Shown here: positions 1-6,976 of the stretch, piece by piece
How the letters are laid out: each line of letters begins with the position of its first letter
Position numbering within the stretch: the stretch's first letter is position 1
Source of the DNA: Candidatus Rifleibacteriota bacterium
Lineage (GTDB): Bacteria; Muiribacteriota; Ozemobacteria; Ozemobacterales; Ozemobacteraceae
Length of the DNA stretch: 45,267 nucleotides
NCBI GenBank assembly: GCA_051747585.1
Contig: JBNJGH010000018.1
Coordinates: 1-45,267 of the forward strand
Reading direction: 5' to 3'
Notes under the pieces: model-generated
What the model was told of the DNA's origin: nothing
The model's input: only the letters and a program-made list of their open reading frames with translations
The model's database searches: none
Program-made: the position numbers and the translations under genes

Positions 1-131
1 AATATTCCAGAGTTTGACAAGAAAGACGAAATAAGCTATTTATAAGCTGATTGTCAGGAATTGTGCCCGCCAATCAGGCAGACATTGAAAATCTTTGCCT
101 GCCGCCCTTTTATTTTACCACGGGGATGAAA

Positions 132-1409
132 ATGGAAAAAGTAACTATCGAAAAAATGACTTATGGAATTGATTCACTCACTCATATTGATGGCAAAGTT
201 GTGTTTGTACCTTATGGTGCCCCTGGCGACGAAGCCGAAATAGAAATTAACGACGAAAAAAAAGACTATTCAAGAGCCGAAATAACTAAACTTTTAAAAG
301 AATCGCCGGATAGAATGGAATCTCCCTGCCCGAACTTTCCCGAGTGCGGAGGTTGTCACTGGCTGCACCTTATGCCGGAGGCACAAAGAAGAGAAAAAGA
401 AGATATTCTGGCCTTTATTATCAAACCCCTGCGCCCCAGGCAGGTTTATCCTATGGAACCATTACCAACAACACATTATCGCAACAAAATGGAGCTGAAA
501 ATTGCTTTTGACGGCGACAAAGTGATTCTTGGAAATTATAAGTTCCGTTCGCATGATGTAGTACCCCTGCAAGGCTGTATAGTCCAATGCAGAGAAAACC
601 TCGCCATGCTGGATACTTTGCAAAAGTTTGCTGACAACCCTGAAAACCGTGAATTGATGGAAAGAAGCGAAACTATCACGGTAAGAACCCTTGGCGAACA
701 ACAACATTGCGTATTCAATCTCAAAGAAGCACCCACAGCCCCTGAATTAAAAAAGTTCAATTCCTTCTTTGACGAGAACGACACCTTGAGCAGGCTTGAA
801 GTGCAGTCTTTCCTTGGCAATCACCAAACCCTGCTGAGAGACAAACCCCCGTTCAGGTTTATGAAAAAAAACTGGCGCGTTTCAACCGGTTCATTTTTTC
901 AAAACAATATTGAAGGCGCCGAAGCTATTTTATATACTTTGATCTCTATTTATCGTTCCATGCCCCACAAAGGCAAGTTCATCGACCTTTATTGCGGCTG
1001 CGGAACCCAGACCTTTCTCCTGGAAAGTTTGTTTGATGAAGTCATCGGCGTCGAATCCAACCAGCCATCTTTTCAGGATGCAATCGCCTTTCAAAAAACC
1101 AGAAGCAACTCAAGAACAAAATTTATCTGCAGAAAAGCAGAAACAATTTTTAATTCGCCGATTACCAAAGGCGTAATTGCCGCCATACATGTGAATCCAC
1201 CCCGGACAGGTCTTTCAAACAGAGTATTGAAGGGCCTCACCGGAGTCAAACCTAAAGTTATAACCTATCTCTCATGCAACCCAACCACCTTTAGACGTGA
1301 TGCAAAATTTATCCGATCACTCGGATACAAACTCGAAAAGATTCATTCTTTTGATTTGTTTCCCGGAACTTTTCATATGGAGACTTTAAGTCTGTTTGTT
1401 AGGGGCTAG
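132..1409 (+). CDS. rlmD: 23S rRNA m5U methyltransferase, RlmD/TrmA family (TRAM + 4Fe-4S + SAM domain)
   Basis: N-terminal TRAM-like segment, CPNFPECGGC cluster motif, SFFQNN, DLYCGCG, NPPRTG, YLSCNP (catalytic Cys), FDLFPGTFHME. Start moved to ATG 132 (GGGGA upstream); ATG 126 also possible. Confidence 0.88.
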   Translation: MEKVTIEKMTYGIDSLTHIDGKVVFVPYGAPGDEAEIEINDEKKDYSRAEITKLLKESPDRMESPCPNFPECGGCHWLHLMPEAQRREKEDILAFIIKPLRPRQVYPMEPLPTTHYRNKMELKIAFDGDKVILGNYKFRSHDVVPLQGCIVQCRENLAMLDTLQKFADNPENRELMERSETITVRTLGEQQHCVFNLKEAPTAPELKKFNSFFDENDTLSRLEVQSFLGNHQTLLRDKPPFRFMKKNWRVSTGSFFQNNIEGAEAILYTLISIYRSMPHKGKFIDLYCGCGTQTFLLESLFDEVIGVESNQPSFQDAIAFQKTRSNSRTKFICRKAETIFNSPITKGVIAAIHVNPPRTGLSNRVLKGLTGVKPKVITYLSCNPTTFRRDAKFIRSLGYKLEKIHSFDLFPGTFHMETLSLFVRG

Positions 1410-1418
1410 CCTATTCTG

Positions 1419-2906
1419 ATGAATTCAACCGACAATGGAAATCTTCTTAACAAGATTCTCATAATCGAAGATGAGCCTGACATCAGCGATTATCTTTACG
1501 ATACGCTTGCCATGTCCGGCTATGAGGTTCGACAGGCCTATGACGGCATTGAAGGCCTTGAAAAGATCACAGAAGACAAACCGAACCTTGTTCTGTTGGA
1601 TATAATGATGCCCCGTCTTAACGGGCTTGAAGTTTGCCGCAAAATACGCGCCAATGCAGAGTCCAGGGCAACAAAAGTAATTTTTATTACAGCAAAGGGG
1701 TCACTTGAAGAAAAGCTGGAGGGATTCCAGGCCGGCGCAAATGATTTCATTGTTAAACCTTTTTCCAGCAGTGAACTTCTGGCTCGTATTGAATCGCATC
1801 TGCGAATCGATATGCTTACCAGAGATCTCGAAATCTCTGAACGTCGCTACAGGCAGTTAATCGAGCATTCTCCCGATGCGATAATGCTCTTTTCACCCGA
1901 TGAAAAACTTCTTTTCGTCAATCGCAGATTCGAATCTATTCTTCCCGGAAAAGTCAGCAATGTTCAAATCGGACAATCCCTCGAATCATTGAAATCCTCT
2001 TCGATGCTTTTTGTTGAAATTGCCACTCTGCTTGAAAAAGTAAAAACAACCGGCTTGATTGTCACTCGAACATTTTCATTTTCAACCCATAAGGGTCACA
2101 ACATAATTCTGGAAATTAGAGGAATCCCCTCTGAAAGCCCAAGTTCAAAGGGGTCTCTTTTTCAGGTCGTTATTCGCGATGTTACCGAGAAACACAATAT
2201 GGAAAAGGTAATTTCAAGAGCGGAAAAAATTAATTCCCTCGGCATCCTTACAGCCGGTATAGCTCATGAAATAAATAACCCGCTGGCGGGGATTTCCAAT
2301 GCCATACATATATTGAAAAAAGATTCTATTGATAAAAACAAAAAAGATGAATTATTGGAGCTCATCTTGAATAACATCAACAGAATATCTCGTATTATAG
2401 ATGATTTAAGGGTATTTTCACGCCAGGAACGTTATGAACAAGGTTCTTCTTTTGCGATTGTTCCCGTTATCGATGAAACTTTGAAATTACTTCGTTACCA
2501 GAGAGATAACGAACAAGTTGAGCTGAATTTTGAAACCAACAACCTCAATCCAAAAATAGAAGGCAGTAAAAATCAATTTCAACAACTTATTCTCAACCTG
2601 CTGCTCAATTCCTCTCAGGCAATCTCAGGAAGCGGCAGCATAAAAGTCGAACTTTCAGAAGTTGAAACCCCGAAATCTTCGTTAGCTATAAAAATTTCCG
2701 ATACGGGCTGCGGTATTCCCGAAGACCAGATCGAACAAATTTTCGATCCCTTTTTTACAACCAAAAGAGACTGGCATGGCACAGGGCTTGGCCTCGCAGT
2801 CTCTTACCGGATTGTTCAGCTTCTTAAAGGCTCGATTAGTGTTTCAAGCCAGGTAAACAAAGGTACAACCTTCAAAATTGTCTTCCCGATTAAAGATTCC
2901 AAATAA
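1419..2906 (+). CDS. Hybrid sensor histidine kinase (REC-PAS-HisKA-HATPase)
   Basis: ILIIEDE / LLDIMMP / FITAK / KPF receiver motifs, YRQLIEHSPDAI PAS start, AHEINNPL H-box, N-box, DTGCGI, FDPFFTTK, GTGLGL. No transmembrane segment apparent. Confidence 0.95.
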   Translation: MNSTDNGNLLNKILIIEDEPDISDYLYDTLAMSGYEVRQAYDGIEGLEKITEDKPNLVLLDIMMPRLNGLEVCRKIRANAESRATKVIFITAKGSLEEKLEGFQAGANDFIVKPFSSSELLARIESHLRIDMLTRDLEISERRYRQLIEHSPDAIMLFSPDEKLLFVNRRFESILPGKVSNVQIGQSLESLKSSSMLFVEIATLLEKVKTTGLIVTRTFSFSTHKGHNIILEIRGIPSESPSSKGSLFQVVIRDVTEKHNMEKVISRAEKINSLGILTAGIAHEINNPLAGISNAIHILKKDSIDKNKKDELLELILNNINRISRIIDDLRVFSRQERYEQGSSFAIVPVIDETLKLLRYQRDNEQVELNFETNNLNPKIEGSKNQFQQLILNLLLNSSQAISGSGSIKVELSEVETPKSSLAIKISDTGCGIPEDQIEQIFDPFFTTKRDWHGTGLGLAVSYRIVQLLKGSISVSSQVNKGTTFKIVFPIKDSK

Positions 2907-2924
2907 ATCAGAACAGTTGCCGCT

Positions 2925-3779
2925 CTACCCTTCTCTGTTTTTATACCACTCAATCAAACTCTCATACTGATAACGGTTAAGGCCGTATTTTCCCAGGCGG
3001 TTCCGGTGTTTTCCGTAGTCACCATGAAAATCGCTTCCGCCGGTTGATATCCATTTTTTTTCTCCAACAATTGCCTCAAATTTCTTTACCTGCGAATTTG
3101 AGTGTTCTGAATAATAAGTTTCAAAACCATCCCATGGCATATCTTTTATTTTTTCCCAGACCGGTTCCCAGTCAGGGATCAGACCTGGGTGAGCAAGAAT
3201 TGCTATTCCACCGGCTTTCTTGATAATCTCGATTCCCGATTCGGGATCGACATGATCTTTTGGCACATAAGCCGGGCAACCTCTGCCTAGATATTGTCCA
3301 AAAGCCTGCTGAAAATTATTAGTATAGCCTTTTTCGAGCAGGTATCTTGCGACATGAGGTCTGCCAAGAACTTTTTCCCGATTTGTTTCAAACTCATGCT
3401 TCAAATCAGACATATCAAGACCCTGACTCGTAAGCAGTTCGAGTATTTTTAAAGCCCTCAGATAGCGGAAATTTTTCTGGCGCTCGAGTAAAGCCAACAG
3501 CTCGGGTGAGGTGTCATCTATAAATAAACCCAGAACATGAATAGAAGCTTCTCTGCCTTCCCAGCCGCAAGAAAGCTCTATGCCGGCGACCACTTCACAC
3601 TCTTCATTTTCAGCTTGAATTCGAGCTCTTTTTACTCCGCTGATCGTATCGTGATCTGTAATTGCCAAAACCGGCAATCCCTCTTTTACTGACTTCTGGA
3701 CTAATTCTTCAGGGCTATAAGTTCCATCAGAAGCTGAACTGTGAACATGAAGATCTGCATATATACTGTTATTTTTCAC
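2925..3779 (-). CDS. PHP-domain metal-dependent phosphoesterase (TrpH/YciV-like)
   Basis: DLHVHSSASDG, AITDHDT, GIELS, GRPHVA, LAHPG, GGSDFHG. Confidence 0.93.
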   Translation of the reverse strand: MKNNSIYADLHVHSSASDGTYSPEELVQKSVKEGLPVLAITDHDTISGVKRARIQAENEECEVVAGIELSCGWEGREASIHVLGLFIDDTSPELLALLERQKNFRYLRALKILELLTSQGLDMSDLKHEFETNREKVLGRPHVARYLLEKGYTNNFQQAFGQYLGRGCPAYVPKDHVDPESGIEIIKKAGGIAILAHPGLIPDWEPVWEKIKDMPWDGFETYYSEHSNSQVKKFEAIVGEKKWISTGGSDFHGDYGKHRNRLGKYGLNRYQYESLIEWYKNREG

Positions 3780-3822
3780 GTCGACACCTTTCTATTTTTT
3801 CTATCTGAGTCATATTTTCAGC

Positions 3823-3908
3823 TATTCGGGTTTGGTATCTTAGTCGCTTATCGATTTGTCTTAAATCCTGGATGCGATAACCGATTCCGATTCCGATAGC
3901 GATACCGG
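3823..3908. repeat. Short hexamer-periodic repeat module (CGATTC/CGATAG/CGATAC)n, family C
   Basis: CGATTCCGATTCCGATAGCGA at ~3882-3902 is the reverse complement of TCGCTATCGGAATCGGAATCG at ~29443-29463. A degenerate copy lies at ~17808-17836. Confidence 0.65.
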
Positions 3909-3925
3909 GGTTATTTATCTTAACT

Positions 3926-3955
3926 TTGACATTTTCTCTATTTAACTAATATAAT
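3926..3955 (+). promoter_or_regulatory. Sigma70-type promoter for the 3993 gene
   Basis: TTGACA 3926-3931, 18 bp spacer, TATAAT 3950-3955; AGGAGG SD at ~3975-3980. Confidence 0.75.
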
Positions 3956-3992
3956 CTAACACACTGCAAAAAGCAGGAGGCTAAATTATTTT

Positions 3993-4802
3993 ATGAACAA
4001 GTTCTCAAATTTCTCTTTTAAGATATATCTTTTATTTACAATTTTATCTATTATTATCACCACCTCACAGGTCAACGCTGCCACCCGAAATATGCTCCCC
4101 AGGTTTCCCGAGATTATCCTCGAAAAAGGTTTTTCTTCCAATTTTATTGTTACCGATTGTAATGCATCTGCAAGAATTTACAACGACACTGCAGAAACAA
4201 ATATTAAGCTGAGTATTCGAAATCGTAGTGCAAAAACGATAAAAAGCTCCGTCAAATTTCGAGTTCTTTATCCAACTTCCAACAATCAGATCAGATTAAA
4301 AGTAAACGGTCGCTCGATTGGTTATAACCGCAAATCACCGAGACATAAATTTACCCTTGAAAGCGACAAAGAGATCTCTTTCGAAATCAGCGCAAAAACA
4401 AACATCAAATATAGTGTAGACAATATACGAAAGTCTTTGCGCGAAGAATACGACAACAGCAAGAAAAAGAAAAAAGGCAAAAAGTTTGACCTGAGCGGAT
4501 TAATGAAATTATTTGACCGGGAAAATTTTGGCCGCAGATTTATGGTTGGTCCAGTTGCGTCTAAGTGGGGTGTTTTCCCTCTTGAATTTGGCAAAGTGGC
4601 CATTAAGGTTGTGGTGCCCGATAACTTTACTCTTGTCGCTCAAAACAGCGAAAAATGGCAGATGCAAAAACACGGCGATGAGCATTCATATATTTTTAAC
4701 AACATAGAAGGTTTTGCCGGAAGCGTATTTTTGCCGGAAAGCGACAAAGAAGATTTCATTAAAACTCAGAAAATTATGACTTCAAATGAATTCATGCACT
4801 GA
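3993..4802 (+). CDS. Hypothetical exported protein
   Basis: 269 aa ORF with signal peptide (..SQVNA|A), own promoter and SD; no family recognised. Confidence 0.8.
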   Translation: MNKFSNFSFKIYLLFTILSIIITTSQVNAATRNMLPRFPEIILEKGFSSNFIVTDCNASARIYNDTAETNIKLSIRNRSAKTIKSSVKFRVLYPTSNNQIRLKVNGRSIGYNRKSPRHKFTLESDKEISFEISAKTNIKYSVDNIRKSLREEYDNSKKKKKGKKFDLSGLMKLFDRENFGRRFMVGPVASKWGVFPLEFGKVAIKVVVPDNFTLVAQNSEKWQMQKHGDEHSYIFNNIEGFAGSVFLPESDKEDFIKTQKIMTSNEFMH

Positions 4803-4804
4803 GT

Positions 4805-5165
4805 CAGCAATTATCCATTTAGTAATATTAGTAATTCTCGGTCAATCATTATTAGCTGGTTACAAAAAGTTCTGGTTTTATTTCTTTCTGTCAAATATAG
4901 AATTTAAACCACTGAGGCCACCGAGGGCACAGAGTTGATTTTTTAATCTTTTTCAGCCAGGATTTGTCCTGTGGACAAATAGCCGGCGGTTTCACCGCCC
5001 GGCTTTCTCTTCTATCTTTAATATTTTCTTTGGCTTGCTTTAATCTTTTTCTAATTTTTCTCTGCGCCCTTTGCGATCTTTGCGAGATTTCCTGCCTTCC
5101 TCTGTGGTTATTTTCTTTGTGGCTTTGCGACTTGGTGTGAGGAATTTTCTTTTCTGAAGCGGATT
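4805..5165 (+). repeat. Nested palindromic element A1 (family A, partial: lacks the 66-bp hairpin and right terminus), preceded by a 26-bp family-B terminus
   Basis: B end CAGCAATTATCCATTTAGTAATATTA 4805-4830, A terminus AGTAATTCTCGGT 4830-4842, AATCTTTTTCAGCC 4945-4958, hairpins ATTTGTCC-tgt-GGACAAAT and GCCGGCGGTTTCACCGCCCGGC; right flank matches A3/A5. Confidence 0.85.
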
Positions 5166-5181
5166 ACCTGGTTTTAAGCAT

Positions 5182-6489
5182 TCAGTCTGTTACGCTTAAA
5201 TCTTTGTTGGTTTGCAGCGTTCCTTTATATTCGGCTGTTAAAAGCACTATCAGCTGCACTGAAAAAGCTGCCGCCGCTGCATAACCAATTCCTCTGACCC
5301 CATATTTTTCAACCAGAGTGCGACCAAGATAAAATTGAGTGCATGCTGCTGTAAGCCCGGCAAAAAATGGAATAAAATATCGCCGGGCAGCAAAAAAACC
5401 ACGATTTAACAACATGCAAAGCGTTGTTGGCAAAAGTGCATAGGAATAACTTGCAAATAAGCCTGCAGCAACTGTTGTGTCTGCCTGAGAAAAGCTACCC
5501 CGCTTGAATACTACTGCAACTATTGCCTCTGAAAAAGTGTTCGCCGCCAACACAACCGGAACTATAACCAGAGTAGCCAACGATAAAGTCATTAGCAAAA
5601 ATTTCTGCCGTCTATCCCCTTCAAGTCGGCTTAGCTCAGGCAAAATAACCCTTGCCAGAGAAATCGATAAAATTCCAAGGGGAAGATTAAAAAGTTTCTC
5701 GATGTAATTTAACGCGGCAACCGACCCGACTGGCTCCATCGACAAAAGGTATCTCTCATAAATTGGAATAAAAGGTAATACAGATATCCATGCAGCAACC
5801 GGAAAAACCGATTTTAAAAATTTCAAAGCGATTTGTCCGCGAAAAGCTTTAAAAGAAAAAAGTGAAAGTTTGTATCCTTCTTTTTTAATGAGAAATATCA
5901 GCCAGCCAAGCTGCAAAAATGAGCCAACAACGACTGCCAACGCTATTTTTACAACTGCGCCGCCCTGAACAACAAAAATACCGGCTATAATCGAGGCATT
6001 AACCAGCAATGGTCCGACTGCGGGCAAAGCAAAAATGTTGCGGGCATTTAAAAATGAAGTAAGCACACCACCTAGAGTTCCGGTTACCAGATATATGGAA
6101 ATTATCTTCCAAAGCTGGGTCATTCGCTCCAGACTTCCCTGGCTGAATCCCGGGGTGAAAAACTGACAGCACTCTTGAGCGTAAAAAATCAGCAACAAAG
6201 AAACCAGCCCGCTGGCCGCCAAAGCAATAAAAAAAATGGTAGTTAATGAATCCTCCAGCTTTTTTTTCTGCTTGCCAAGCTCTACAAAAAGGGGTACTGA
6301 CGCACTTGAAACCAGGCCTTCACTTAAAAACCTGTAGAGTAAATCAGGCAGAATCATGACCGCAAGAAACATATCTGCTTCAGCCGACCGGCCGTAGAAC
6401 GCAGCAAAAGCGGCTACCTTAACGAAGCCGCTGATTCTCGACAAGATTGTTAACGACGAAAGTGAAAAAAAAGACCTGACTACACTCAT
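5182..6489 (-). CDS. murJ: Lipid II flippase MurJ (MviN)
   Basis: LSRISGFVK, ADMF..ILPDLLYRFLSEG, LFNLPLGI, ILPELSR, FKRGSFS; many hydrophobic helices. ATG 6489 preferred as start. Confidence 0.9.
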   Translation of the reverse strand: MSVVRSFFSLSSLTILSRISGFVKVAAFAAFYGRSAEADMFLAVMILPDLLYRFLSEGLVSSASVPLFVELGKQKKKLEDSLTTIFFIALAASGLVSLLLIFYAQECCQFFTPGFSQGSLERMTQLWKIISIYLVTGTLGGVLTSFLNARNIFALPAVGPLLVNASIIAGIFVVQGGAVVKIALAVVVGSFLQLGWLIFLIKKEGYKLSLFSFKAFRGQIALKFLKSVFPVAAWISVLPFIPIYERYLLSMEPVGSVAALNYIEKLFNLPLGILSISLARVILPELSRLEGDRRQKFLLMTLSLATLVIVPVVLAANTFSEAIVAVVFKRGSFSQADTTVAAGLFASYSYALLPTTLCMLLNRGFFAARRYFIPFFAGLTAACTQFYLGRTLVEKYGVRGIGYAAAAAFSVQLIVLLTAEYKGTLQTNKDLSVTD

Positions 6490-6498
6490 TATTAATTG

Positions 6499-6522
6499 AA
6501 AACCCCGGCATAAAAGCCGGGG
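6499..6522 (-). terminator. Probable intrinsic terminator after the small peptide gene
   Basis: Minus strand CCCCGGC-ttttat-GCCGGGG-TTTT. Confidence 0.55.
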
Positions 6523-6550
6523 CAAAATTTCATTTTATTTTTTATTGTAA

Positions 6551-6763
6551 TTAGATGTGGCAGGAATCGCCGTCGCATCCGCCATGACCATCATCATCAC
6601 CCTGATCACCGTCATCTGAGGGGCCGGCTTCGCCGTCATCGGCAGGACCTGAGCAGGTATCACCATCCGGGCAATTGCCGCAATCGTGATCACACGCCAT
6701 AGCTGGTGCTGAAACAAAGCCCAACATCATAAAGACAACCATTAAACTGATAAATAATTTCAT
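6551..6763 (-). CDS. Small secreted Cys/Asp/His/Gly-rich peptide (70 aa)
   Basis: AGGAGG SD at 6776-6771, ATG 6763, signal peptide ending APAMA, mature part CDHDCGNCPDGDTC...GHGGCDGDSCHI; own promoter and terminator. Confidence 0.85.
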   Translation of the reverse strand: MKLFISLMVVFMMLGFVSAPAMACDHDCGNCPDGDTCSGPADDGEAGPSDDGDQGDDDGHGGCDGDSCHI

Positions 6764-6813
6764 ACTCAATCCTCCTATACTTATTAACCTAATAATTGAG
6801 TTAGATTGAAATA

Positions 6814-6893
6814 ATAATAACAATAGAAATCAAACCTGTCAAATTTAAATACTAAATTCCTTTTTGACATGCCTTATGAACCGGTGATATAAT
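6814..6893. promoter_or_regulatory. Back-to-back divergent sigma70 promoters
   Basis: Minus: TTGACA 6842-6837, 17 bp, TG-n-TATTAT 6819-6814. Plus: TTGACA 6864-6869, 18 bp, TG-n-TATAAT 6888-6893. Confidence 0.75.
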
Positions 6894-6976
6894 CCACCAT
6901 CTCTGAGAACTAGTCTTTTTGTATTAACTTTAATTCTCAGCTGGATACTAAGAAAGATTGAAGAGGTGACGGCATA

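Noticed and set aside
51..131. N-terminal extension of rlmD and a possible structured leader (AGGCAGA..TTTGCCT)
   Set aside because: Homology begins near M132, the pairing is short and imperfect, and no RNA family is recognised.
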